64,000 nt of DNA from Candidatus Thalassarchaeum betae (GTDB lineage: Archaea > Thermoplasmatota > Poseidoniia > Poseidoniales > Thalassarchaeaceae), in contig JAKUUP010000005.1 in NCBI GenBank assembly GCA_022447095.1, forward strand, positions 2,065-66,064. The letters run 5' to 3'. Under the pieces are notes generated by a model, which was not told the DNA's origin, made no database searches, and saw nothing but the letters and a program-made list of their open reading frames with translations. The translations under genes were made by a program, and so were the position numbers. Positions 18,198 to 27,336 of this stretch are shown in pieces. Within the stretch, counting starts at the first letter, position 1; each line of letters opens with the position of its first letter.

Positions 18198-18857
18198 ATG
18201 GGTAAGATAGTACCAATCAAGACGCAGAGGGCCGAGGCTGACAAACTCGCTGCCGCCATTTCGGAGATCGATGGAGTCGAAGCCGAGGTGGCCGAGCGAG
18301 CAAGTGGCACCAACCCCCGCCCGGTCGTGCTCGGAAACAGCTCTCCAGAGAGTTGGAGGGCACTAGCTGAGAAACTCCGCTCCGAGCATGGCGTCGACTA
18401 CTGCTCGATGGTAACCGGCATCCACTGGCCAGAGGGTGATGATGACAAGAAGTGGGAAATCGTCTACCACTTGATGAGAACCGGTATCAGAAACCCACCT
18501 ATTGAGGATGGCCTAGTTCAGCCAGTCATTGTCGACCCCTCTACGGTCAGGGGCTCCGGCACTCCACTGGAGTTGGAATTACATGTCCACCTGCCGGATA
18601 CGAGAACCCCTTCGGTGGACTCGGTTCAGGACATCTGGGTCGGTGCCGATTGGAATGAGAAGGAGACCTGGGATCTCGTTGGGATAGATTTCGATGGGCA
18701 TCAGGGAATGAGGAGGGTGCTGCAGCCCCACGAGACCCCCAAGGGCTTCCACCCTCTGCAGAAGCAGCATCGCCTCCGCTACCACGATTTCCAAGATATG
18801 TACGACGATTCCCAGGGATTCATGCGTAAGCCTGCTGACGCTGGCAAGATCAAGTGA
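18198..18857 (+). CDS. nuoC: NADH-quinone oxidoreductase subunit C (30 kDa)
   Basis: WEKETWDLVGIDFDGHQGMRRVLQPHE (the E.E..D..GI.F.GH...RRIL motif). Confidence 0.85.
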   Translation: MGKIVPIKTQRAEADKLAAAISEIDGVEAEVAERASGTNPRPVVLGNSSPESWRALAEKLRSEHGVDYCSMVTGIHWPEGDDDKKWEIVYHLMRTGIRNPPIEDGLVQPVIVDPSTVRGSGTPLELELHVHLPDTRTPSVDSVQDIWVGADWNEKETWDLVGIDFDGHQGMRRVLQPHETPKGFHPLQKQHRLRYHDFQDMYDDSQGFMRKPADAGKIK

Positions 18858-18866
18858 GGTGAGAAG

Positions 18867-20003
18867 ATGGCAGAGATGTGGATTTCGATGGGCCCCCAGC
18901 ACCCGATGACCCATGGTCTGTGGACTCTCAAAGTCAAAGTCGACGGCGAGACCGTCGTCGACACTGAGCCTGATTTGGGCTACATCCATCGTGGAGTCGA
19001 GAAGATCTGCGAGGCTCGGGATTTCACCCAGATCACGACTTACTGCGACCGCCTCTGCTACGCCAGTGCCAACACCTGGTCCCACTCCTACATCTACGCG
19101 GCTGAGGACCTACTCGAGGTCGAGGTCCCTGAGCGAGCCGAGTACATCCGCTTGGTGGCAATCGAGATCCAGCGCATTGCTAGCCACCTGATGTGGTTGG
19201 GCGCATATGGTCCCGACATCGGCAACTTGTCCGTGATGGTTTGGTGCCTGCGCGAGCGCGAGATGATGATGGATCTTCTCCAAGAACTAGGCGGCTCACG
19301 CATGCACTACAACTTCCCCCGTGTCGGTGGCGTCAAACGCGACCTACCACATGGCTTCGCTCAGCGAGCCCGCGCCAAGCTCAAGTTGTTCCTCAACAGG
19401 ATCCAAGAGTACGAGGCGCTGTTCGACGAGAGCACGGTGTTCCTAGTGCGCAGTCAGGGTGTGGGCTACGCAAAGCCGGAGGAGATGGTGAACCACGGCG
19501 TCACCGGACCCAATCTGCGCGCTGGCGGCGTAAACTACGACATCCGCTGGGCTCACCCTTACTCGGTGTACAGCGAACTTGATTGGGAGCCCCCGGTGGA
19601 ACGCTCCTCGATCAAGGGCGCTGACTGCTACGACCGCTACAGAGTCAGAGTCGAGGAGATGCGTGTGAGCGCGTCGTTGGCGTTACAGGCTCTGGACAAA
19701 ATGCCCGGAGGCGCCGACACCCACCACGAGCCAGGGGACCCGATGATACTCGCTAAGGCGCCCGCCCGGGCCCCTGAGGGAACCACTGGCGCACACCACT
19801 TCGAGGACAGCAGAGGCGAGTCGATGTTCTACATCGCCGGCGGCGGCGAGAGTCGAGGCAAGCAGCCTTACAGGGTCTCGATACGCTCTCCGATTTTCAT
19901 CACAATCCCGTTCGCGGCCAAGTGCATGATCGGTTACAAGGTCGCCGATATACCGGCCATCATGGGCTCCTTTGACCCATGTATAGGGGAGACAGACAGG
20001 TGA
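18867..20003 (+). CDS. nuoD: NADH-quinone oxidoreductase subunit D (49 kDa)
   Basis: MGPQHPMTHG, GYIHRGVEKICE, TYCDRL.YASAN. Confidence 0.92.
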   Translation: MAEMWISMGPQHPMTHGLWTLKVKVDGETVVDTEPDLGYIHRGVEKICEARDFTQITTYCDRLCYASANTWSHSYIYAAEDLLEVEVPERAEYIRLVAIEIQRIASHLMWLGAYGPDIGNLSVMVWCLREREMMMDLLQELGGSRMHYNFPRVGGVKRDLPHGFAQRARAKLKLFLNRIQEYEALFDESTVFLVRSQGVGYAKPEEMVNHGVTGPNLRAGGVNYDIRWAHPYSVYSELDWEPPVERSSIKGADCYDRYRVRVEEMRVSASLALQALDKMPGGADTHHEPGDPMILAKAPARAPEGTTGAHHFEDSRGESMFYIAGGGESRGKQPYRVSIRSPIFITIPFAAKCMIGYKVADIPAIMGSFDPCIGETDR

Positions 20004-20008
20004 TTCAC

Positions 20009-21586
20009 ATGGCTAGCGGCGACTGGTTGAACATCGTTGGTTGGTCCGAGTCTTTGACCAGTTGGTCGATGGACAACGTGCACGACGTCCTGCCTTCCAA
20101 CGACATCGACATGCAGGTCACCATACCGAGCACTTGGGCATGGCCGGAACCGATAACCATGGGTCCAATCTTCAATCTGCAACAGGGCTTCGCTAGCATT
20201 CAACCAGCTCTTGAGTCGTTCATGCATGCCACCATCATGTGCACGGTCGTCTTCACTGTCATGATGCTCACTATGCTGGCCATCCCATACATCGAGAGGA
20301 AGTTCATCGGACGGCTGATGGACAGACTCGGTGCCACCACCACCATGAGGAGCCTGTGGGTCGGCGAGAGCGGAGTGACAGCGGGGGAGTGGTGGAAGCA
20401 GTTGCCCTTCGGCATGGGTATCCCTATTGGATGGGTCGTCAACCTGCTGAACTCGTATTGGGGTAACAGTCACGAACTTGAGACTGTATCCAGAGTCAAC
20501 AACCGTAGTTATCATGGCTACTGGTTCCTTCTTCCCGGATTCTTTCAGGCGTTCGCCGACTTCATGAAATTCGCTACCAAGGAGCACATCGTACCGAAGA
20601 ACGCCGACAAGGTGGTCTTTGAGATCGCCCCTGTCATTATCCTCGCGACCACTATCATGGTGTTCGCCTTCGTACCGTTCGGCCCGCATATCTATGCTGC
20701 CAATCCAGAGCTCTCCCTCCTTTTCATGATGGCAATCTTCGGAGTCGCTCCGCTCGGGGTTTTCTTCGCCGGATGGGCCTCTAACACCAAGTACACTTTG
20801 ATCGGCGGGATGCGCTCGGCAGCCCAACTCACAGCATACGAGATACCGCTACTCATCACGGTTCTCGGCGTCGCGGTGCTCAGTGGCTCGTTCAACATCA
20901 TCGAGATAGTCGACTTCCAAATGGGCCAGAACGAAGGCAACGTCTGGAACATCTTCCTACTGCCGTTGGGCGCGGCTCTGTTCCTCATCACCATGATCGC
21001 CGAGGTCGAGCGCATACCGTTCGACATGCCCGAGGCCGAGGCCGAACTCGTTGAGGGCTGGTGGACCGAGTATGGGGGCATCCGGTGGGGCCTGATGTTC
21101 GCTGCCGAGTACATGCGCTCGTACGCCGCATGCATACTGTTCGCACTATTCTTCCTCGGCGGTTGGGAGGCGCCGTTCCAGCATACGCTCGCGGGCTTGC
21201 CAATCGTTGGAGGCACCTTCGAGACTGTCTTCACCGTCGTCCCAGGTCTCGTATGGGTCCTGATCAAGGCTTGGCTGTTGTTCGCTGTGTTCGTCTGGAT
21301 CCGCGCCTCTCTCCACAGGGTTCGCACGGATCAGATACTGGAGTTCGGCTGGCGCTATCTCCTGCCACTATCGATGGTCAACCTCGTTGTAGCGACCATA
21401 CTGCGATTGGAGGTCTGGACAGGAGAGCCATGGGACCTGTGGGTCCCGGTCGCCCTCACACTTGCCGCGCTAGTACTGTTCGTGATACTCGCTATCGATG
21501 AGGACGAGGAGGCGCTGGAAGTCCAACGCCGTCCCTACAGCACTCAGGCCGTGGTCAAGGCATCGCCAGGGAGTCACAGGGACTAG
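20009..21586 (+). CDS. nuoH: NADH-quinone oxidoreductase subunit H (ND1), with N- and C-terminal extensions and an internal insertion
   Basis: IERKFIGRLMDRLG, GFFQAFADFMKFATKE, AEVERIPFDMPEAEAELVEGWWTEYGG. About 525 aa versus ~330 typical. The ORF can extend to 19979, overlapping nuoD. Confidence 0.85.
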   Translation: MASGDWLNIVGWSESLTSWSMDNVHDVLPSNDIDMQVTIPSTWAWPEPITMGPIFNLQQGFASIQPALESFMHATIMCTVVFTVMMLTMLAIPYIERKFIGRLMDRLGATTTMRSLWVGESGVTAGEWWKQLPFGMGIPIGWVVNLLNSYWGNSHELETVSRVNNRSYHGYWFLLPGFFQAFADFMKFATKEHIVPKNADKVVFEIAPVIILATTIMVFAFVPFGPHIYAANPELSLLFMMAIFGVAPLGVFFAGWASNTKYTLIGGMRSAAQLTAYEIPLLITVLGVAVLSGSFNIIEIVDFQMGQNEGNVWNIFLLPLGAALFLITMIAEVERIPFDMPEAEAELVEGWWTEYGGIRWGLMFAAEYMRSYAACILFALFFLGGWEAPFQHTLAGLPIVGGTFETVFTVVPGLVWVLIKAWLLFAVFVWIRASLHRVRTDQILEFGWRYLLPLSMVNLVVATILRLEVWTGEPWDLWVPVALTLAALVLFVILAIDEDEEALEVQRRPYSTQAVVKASPGSHRD

Positions 21587-21594
21587 GAGGTGGG

Positions 21595-22566
21595 ATGATG
21601 AGTTACAAGGCGAATACCGGACATCCTCACGCGACTCCGAACTTCCGCAACCTCATTATCCGTCCGATGTGGATGACCCTCAAAACCGCACTAAGGACAG
21701 TCCCCTTCGTCGGCAAATTGAGATTCCTGAAGAACGACTATCACGGCAAACCCACAGTCATGGTGGACCAAGTCACGATGGACAGGGTCGGCTCAGAGCA
21801 CCCGAGCGTCGGCCAGAAATTCGCTCCTGACAGGGAGACCAGCCAAGTCATGCCTTTCGTCGAGCGACCGGTCACGGTGATGTACCCCTACGAGCGCCTT
21901 GAGGATCTCGAGCCATGGCTCTTCGTGCCCGGGAATTACTTCGGCCGTATCGGAATAGTATGGGAAACCTGCACAGCTTGCAAGTTGTGTATCCACGCTT
22001 GTCCAAATGACTGCCTCCACATGACCACCGAGGTCCGAGTGAACGTGCTTGAACTCTCCGAGGATGGCGACGAGTGGCACGGCTACGGGGGCGAACTCGA
22101 GGAGGGCGGCTACGCAGCTAGGGAGAAGGAGGAGTACCACGACATTGCCGCAAGTTTCGATTTGGTCAACGCGCACGCCGACGCACCTCAACAGTACGAC
22201 TTCGCCGAAGTCATCGAGATCTCTGGCGACAAGGCGACTGTGCGGTGGTCCGACGGCTCGGGAATCGAGACCGTTGACTCTACGTCCCTCAAACCGGCCG
22301 AGCAGGACATCGTGTCGGGTCAGATAGACCTCGGCAGGTGCATGTTCTGCGGGCTGTGCGCCGAGGCGTGCCCGTTCGAATCCTTCTTCATGACCAACGA
22401 GTATGACGGGATGTCTGGTTTCTCCCGAGAGGAGCTGTGGATGGACGCCAGCAGAACCCGCGTCTTGCCTGCAGTCCACCAAGAGAGAGTTGACATGGAA
22501 CTCGCTAAGCGCGCTGAGAAGGAGAAGCAGAAGCGCGCTCGCAAGGCTGCCCGAGCAGAGGCGTGA
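21595..22566 (+). CDS. nuoI: NADH-quinone oxidoreductase subunit I (2x[4Fe-4S] ferredoxin), with a ~100-aa insertion between the cluster motifs
   Basis: CTACKLCIHACPNDC and CMFCGLCAEACPFES are separated by ~115 aa, against the usual ~30. The C-terminus is Lys-rich (KRAEKEKQKRARKAARAEA). Confidence 0.85.
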   Translation: MMSYKANTGHPHATPNFRNLIIRPMWMTLKTALRTVPFVGKLRFLKNDYHGKPTVMVDQVTMDRVGSEHPSVGQKFAPDRETSQVMPFVERPVTVMYPYERLEDLEPWLFVPGNYFGRIGIVWETCTACKLCIHACPNDCLHMTTEVRVNVLELSEDGDEWHGYGGELEEGGYAAREKEEYHDIAASFDLVNAHADAPQQYDFAEVIEISGDKATVRWSDGSGIETVDSTSLKPAEQDIVSGQIDLGRCMFCGLCAEACPFESFFMTNEYDGMSGFSREELWMDASRTRVLPAVHQERVDMELAKRAEKEKQKRARKAARAEA

Positions 22567-22570
22567 GACA

Positions 22571-22834
22571 ATGCAAATCGACCTCGAGGCACTGGTGTTC
22601 GTAATTCTGGCAGCGACCGCCATTGGCGGCGCGCTGGGGTGTGTCTACGCCCGTAAGGTCGCCCACTCGCTGCTTTCACTCATGATGATGTTCTTCGCGG
22701 TTGCAGGAGTCTTCGTGATGGCCAGTGCGGAGATGCTGGCAGCGATTCAGATTCTCGTGTACCTCGGCTCCGTGATGCTCGTAGCCATGTTCGCAGTAAT
22801 GCTCACCCGCAGGCAGATACAGGAGGGCTTGTAG
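22571..22834 (+). CDS. nuoJ1: NADH-quinone oxidoreductase subunit J, N-terminal half (J1)
   Basis: MQIDLEALVFVILAATAIGGALGCVYARKVAHSLLSLMMMFFAVAGVF matches the NuoJ N-terminal helices. A stop codon is followed 1 nt later by the J2 start. Confidence 0.75.
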   Translation: MQIDLEALVFVILAATAIGGALGCVYARKVAHSLLSLMMMFFAVAGVFVMASAEMLAAIQILVYLGSVMLVAMFAVMLTRRQIQEGL

Positions 22835-22835
22835 G

Positions 22836-23102
22836 ATGAGGGCACTGTCCGCACTGGCCCGACTGGGTATATTTGCATTCATCCTGATTCTGCTCTCCGA
22901 GGTCATGTCCCACTCGATGTGGGGCTCGACTGAGGTGGCACCTTCCACACTCGACTTTGCGGTAGCTCTGTTCGGCGAGTGGTCGATGGCCACTGTGGTC
23001 CTCGGCGCGTTGCTGGCAATGGCCATGATCGGGGCCTCCTATCTAGTCCGTGACGAGCGCTTAGTCAATCTAATCTGGGATATGGAAGGTGATGACCAGT
23101 GA
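22836..23102 (+). CDS. nuoJ2: NADH-quinone oxidoreductase subunit J, C-terminal half (J2)
   Basis: Two-TM protein contiguous with J1 and ending 4 nt into nuoK. A split nuoJ is known in some archaeal operons. Confidence 0.65.
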   Translation: MRALSALARLGIFAFILILLSEVMSHSMWGSTEVAPSTLDFAVALFGEWSMATVVLGALLAMAMIGASYLVRDERLVNLIWDMEGDDQ

Positions 23103-23401
23103 TAGAGGCTAGTTGGATAGCTGGACTCGGCGTCATACTGTTCGGAATAGGTCTTCTCGGCGCTTTCAGCCGCAAGAACGCCATCGTGGTACTGATGTGC
23201 ATCGAGGTGATGCTCAACGCAGCCAACCTCAATTTCGTCGCCGGTGCTGTCCACTACGGCGACGTCAACGGCTGGGTGTTCACTGCCATCGCAATCGCAA
23301 TTTCAGCAGCCGAAGTAGCAATCGGGCTCGCTATCCTGTTGTCCTTGTACAGCACGCAGGAGACGATATACCTCGATGAGGCGAATATACTGAAAAATTG
23401 A
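23099..23401 (+). CDS. nuoK: NADH-quinone oxidoreductase subunit K (ND4L); GTG start overlapping the J2 stop
   Basis: LLGAFSRKNAIVVLMCIEVMLNAANLNFVAG. Confidence 0.9.
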   Translation: MIEASWIAGLGVILFGIGLLGAFSRKNAIVVLMCIEVMLNAANLNFVAGAVHYGDVNGWVFTAIAIAISAAEVAIGLAILLSLYSTQETIYLDEANILKN

Positions 23402-23410
23402 GGTGAGAGC

Positions 23411-25738
23411 ATGAGTGAGTCGAACAACGAGTGGCACCTCCTGCTACCGGTACTACCGTTCCTAGCAGTCACGCCATACCTATATTCGACTGGCTGGGAG
23501 TCTGTAGAGGCCGCTTACCTGATCGTCGTGGTCCCGCTGCTGACTTTCCCACTGATCTTGATTCTGGGTCAGATGTACAACGGCAACGAGACCTGGAAGC
23601 AGCGCTACAAGGAAGGAGGCATCTTCGCCCTTGGCGCCCTCGCACTGTCCCTCAGCATAGCCGTCTGGATAATCTACGACTATATTTCCGGATCAGCACA
23701 CTTCGAGGCCAACTCGGTGGTCGACCCGTTCTCGTGGCTAACCTTCGATGTCCTACAACATAGCGGCTCGCAGTGGGAACTCAGCACCGGCTTCGCCGAC
23801 ATCGGAGTCGGCGTTTGGATAGACTCGATCAGCCTGATGCTGCTTTTCGTCGCGACCTTCCTGTGCTTCCTGATCTGCTGGTTCAGCCTCGGCTACATGA
23901 ACACGGACTCGATCAACGAGGACCGGAACCACCGCTTCTACGGGGAGTTCGTGCTCTTCGGCATCGGCATGTTCGGAATGGTGCTCGCTGACAACTTCCT
24001 GTGGCTGTTCATCTTCTGGGAGATAATGGGACTCTGCTCCTATCTCCTCATCGGCTTCTACTTCTGGAAGGAGAGTGCCGCTGCGGCTGCCAAGAAAGCC
24101 TTCCTGACTACTCGCGTGGGTGATGTTTTCCTGATGGTCGGTTTGCTGATTCTGTACAACATCTACGGATCGCTGGAGTTCGCAGTGATATTCGACGACC
24201 CCTCGACTGGCGTCGGCGGGGCGCTCGTCGACTCAGGAGAGTTATTTTGGGCGTTGATGATGCTCTTCATCGGGGCAGTTGGCAAGTCGGCCCAGTTCCC
24301 GCTCCATGTCTGGCTGCCGGACGCGATGGAGGGCCCGACACCGGTTTCCGCGCTCATACACGCCGCGACGATGGTGAACGCCGGCCTCTACCTCGTCGCT
24401 AGGATGGTGCCTTTCGTTGACATCGGTCATGGCGGAGTCGCAGGACTCGAGGACATCGGACTCATCATCGCTTGGATAGGTGGCATCACAGCGTTCATGG
24501 CCGCCGCCATCGCCCTCGTCCAGAACGACATCAAGAAGGTCCTCGCCTACTCGACGATGAGCCAACTAGCCTACATCTTCACTGGGTTGGGTGCAGCCCT
24601 CTTCCTCCTCAATATCGGGGAGAACCATGCCGGGTACTTCGTCCTCGGTGCTTCGATGTTCCACCTGTTCAACCACGCCATGGCCAAGGGGATGCTGTTC
24701 ATGGCGAGCGGCTCGGTCATACACGAGGTGCATCACGCCCACGACCATGTACGTGAGTTGAGCCTCAAGTATAGCAGCCATGAGGGAGAGGACCCATCGG
24801 CCTTCGACCCGCAGGACATGCGGATCATGGGCGGATTGGCAGCCAAGATGCCGGTTACTGCCACAGCGATGATGTTCGGATCGATGTCCATCATCGGCAT
24901 ACCTCTCATTGGCGGCTTCTGGTCCAAAGAAGGCATCATCGCTGAGACCTGGGCCACCTGCCTGCACGAAGAGCCGATGATGTTCGTACCCGCCCTCCTT
25001 GTTCTCGCGACTGCGGGTATGACGGGCTTCTACATGACGAGGATGTGGCTGATGACCTTCGCCGGGCCACCCAAGAGCGAGGTGGTCGGGCACGTTCACG
25101 AAGCCACCCCTTGGATTAAGGAGCCGCTGATCATACTCACACTAATCACAGCCATTGGCGGATTCGGTTTCGCATTACTGGGAGCAATTAACTTCCTCGG
25201 TGGCGAGTCGGACCACTTGGCTATTCACGGCGACGACCTCATTTCAGCGATACTGAATGAACTCGAACACGCCTTCCTGCCCGATGATCCCAATCTGAGA
25301 CTGGTTGGCTGGACTACGATCCTCATCGCTATGGTTCTGGGGCCTGTGATGGCCTCACGCATCCACGGCGGACGGCTCATCGACGGGGTCGAGTCCAGTC
25401 CCTTCGTTGCTTGGCTGGTCAACCTCTCCAGCCGCTTCGGCTCGCAGAATGTCGACGAGTTGGCTAACTCGCAACTCGCTGAGGCTCTGCGGAGGAGGTT
25501 GTACTTCGATGACCTCTACGAAATGGTACTGGCAAAGACCGCTATTCCCCTCGCATCCTTCTCGGCTTGGTTCGACCAGAATGTCATCGACGGAGTCATC
25601 AAACAAATCGAGTCAAAATCAGCTTCCGGTTCGGTGCAAATCCGCAGAGTGACCACGGGTAACGCGCGCGACTACATCCTGATGGCAGCGGTCGGAATGC
25701 TCTCTATCTTCGCACTGATATGGGGGGTGAGCGCTTGA
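23411..25738 (+). CDS. nuoL: NADH-quinone oxidoreductase subunit L (ND5), elongated to 775 aa
   Basis: FWEIMGLCSYLLIGFYF, WLPDAMEGPTPVSALIHAATMV, plus a long C-terminal amphipathic region. Confidence 0.9.
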   Translation: MSESNNEWHLLLPVLPFLAVTPYLYSTGWESVEAAYLIVVVPLLTFPLILILGQMYNGNETWKQRYKEGGIFALGALALSLSIAVWIIYDYISGSAHFEANSVVDPFSWLTFDVLQHSGSQWELSTGFADIGVGVWIDSISLMLLFVATFLCFLICWFSLGYMNTDSINEDRNHRFYGEFVLFGIGMFGMVLADNFLWLFIFWEIMGLCSYLLIGFYFWKESAAAAAKKAFLTTRVGDVFLMVGLLILYNIYGSLEFAVIFDDPSTGVGGALVDSGELFWALMMLFIGAVGKSAQFPLHVWLPDAMEGPTPVSALIHAATMVNAGLYLVARMVPFVDIGHGGVAGLEDIGLIIAWIGGITAFMAAAIALVQNDIKKVLAYSTMSQLAYIFTGLGAALFLLNIGENHAGYFVLGASMFHLFNHAMAKGMLFMASGSVIHEVHHAHDHVRELSLKYSSHEGEDPSAFDPQDMRIMGGLAAKMPVTATAMMFGSMSIIGIPLIGGFWSKEGIIAETWATCLHEEPMMFVPALLVLATAGMTGFYMTRMWLMTFAGPPKSEVVGHVHEATPWIKEPLIILTLITAIGGFGFALLGAINFLGGESDHLAIHGDDLISAILNELEHAFLPDDPNLRLVGWTTILIAMVLGPVMASRIHGGRLIDGVESSPFVAWLVNLSSRFGSQNVDELANSQLAEALRRRLYFDDLYEMVLAKTAIPLASFSAWFDQNVIDGVIKQIESKSASGSVQIRRVTTGNARDYILMAAVGMLSIFALIWGVSA

Positions 25739-27336
25739 TTGATGACCCCCTGTCAGTGATCACCCTCGTCCCTCTGGCGGCAGGCTTGATTCTGCTGGTA
25801 CTGCCTCAGATACTACCAGGCGACTCGGCTGACGGCCTCAGGCGTGTATCGCGCAACATCAGTATGGGCGTGGCCCTAGCTATCGCCACGATCACGACCA
25901 TGCTGTTCGTGGGAGAGATAGGCAACATAGACTGGACCAACATCACTCAGGGAGGATACGTCCTAGAGAACGAGGCCGTCTCCCTAATCCCCTCCATAGG
26001 AGTGTCTTGGAAAGTAGGTGCTGACGCACTCTCGTTTCCGATGATTTGGCTCACAGCGATCCTCATACCAGTCTCGATGCTGGTCGAGTGGGACGCCAAG
26101 AGGGGGCACCTCTTCCACCCACTTCTCCTGATTATGGAAAGCGCACTCATCGGCGTCTTCGTCGCTCTCGACCTGTTCGTCTTCTACGTCTTCTGGGAGC
26201 TTACTCTGATTCCGATGTTCCTACTTATCCTTGTTTGGGGTGGGGAGGATCGCCGCTACGCGGCGATGAAGTTTTTCATCTACACATTCACAGCAAGTGT
26301 CTTCATGCTCGTCGGCATCCTCGTGATGTACTTCCATACCGACCCGATATCCGGCCTCGGCGACTTGTCCGGACACCACTTCGACTTGGTTGCCATGACG
26401 GCTCAGGAAAATCTGATTCCCAGCGAGGGCCTCAGGCACTTCGTCTGGTTCCTCCTGCTCATCGGCTTCGCCACCAAGATGCCCAGCGTACCGGTCCACA
26501 CTTGGTTGCCGGACGCACACGTGCAGGCTCCCACGGCCGGCTCGATGCTGCTTGCTGGAGTGATGCTGAAGATGGGCGCCTACGGATTCCTGCGAATCTC
26601 GGTCACAATCTTCCCTGAGTCAACAGTGGTGTTCATCCCCCTACTGATAGTTCTGGGGATGGTGAGTTTGGTCTACGGAGCATGGGTCTGCATGGGCCAG
26701 ACCAATCTCAAGCGCATGGTCGCCTACTCCTCAGTCTCGCATATGGGACTGATCTTCCTCGGTATCGCCACTATGCAGCCTCTGGGTATCGCTGGGGCGC
26801 TGTTCATGATGTTGGCCCACGGTATCATCAGCCCGCTTCTGTTCGCCGTGGCTGGGGCGTTCAAGCACCACTATCATACTCTAGAGATTGGCTCTATGAG
26901 GGGCATGGCGCATCACAGCCCGTGGCTTGCTGGCCACATGATGTTCGGCTGGATGGCCAGCCTCGGCCTACCGCTGCTCGCCGGATTTGTCGCAGAGGTT
27001 ACAATCCTGATCGCATTTTGGATGTCTTACGGTTGGCTAGTGCTGCTACCAGCGCTCACACTCATAGTCACGGCCGCGTATTACCTGAATTCGATGCAGC
27101 GCACCATCTTCGAGTCGAACGACCCGCATCAGGGAGACCTACCTGACTCCTTGCACGGTGAGCAGCCGAGCGACATAACCTGGCACGAGAATATCGGGAT
27201 GTTCGTGCTGGCTGGCATGACCGTACTCTTCGGCATTATGCCATTCATCTTCTGGGACATGATGTCAGACTGGAGTTCCAGCTTCGTACTCGATACGATG
27301 GTGGAAGCGATGCACTCACAGGGGTGGAGACCATGA
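25720..27336 (+). CDS. nuoM: NADH-quinone oxidoreductase subunit M (ND4)
   Basis: WLPDAHVQAPTAGSMLLAGVMLKMGAYGFLRI. Start choice is uncertain; the longest ORF overlaps nuoL by 19 nt. Confidence 0.88.
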   Translation: MGGERLIDDPLSVITLVPLAAGLILLVLPQILPGDSADGLRRVSRNISMGVALAIATITTMLFVGEIGNIDWTNITQGGYVLENEAVSLIPSIGVSWKVGADALSFPMIWLTAILIPVSMLVEWDAKRGHLFHPLLLIMESALIGVFVALDLFVFYVFWELTLIPMFLLILVWGGEDRRYAAMKFFIYTFTASVFMLVGILVMYFHTDPISGLGDLSGHHFDLVAMTAQENLIPSEGLRHFVWFLLLIGFATKMPSVPVHTWLPDAHVQAPTAGSMLLAGVMLKMGAYGFLRISVTIFPESTVVFIPLLIVLGMVSLVYGAWVCMGQTNLKRMVAYSSVSHMGLIFLGIATMQPLGIAGALFMMLAHGIISPLLFAVAGAFKHHYHTLEIGSMRGMAHHSPWLAGHMMFGWMASLGLPLLAGFVAEVTILIAFWMSYGWLVLLPALTLIVTAAYYLNSMQRTIFESNDPHQGDLPDSLHGEQPSDITWHENIGMFVLAGMTVLFGIMPFIFWDMMSDWSSSFVLDTMVEAMHSQGWRP

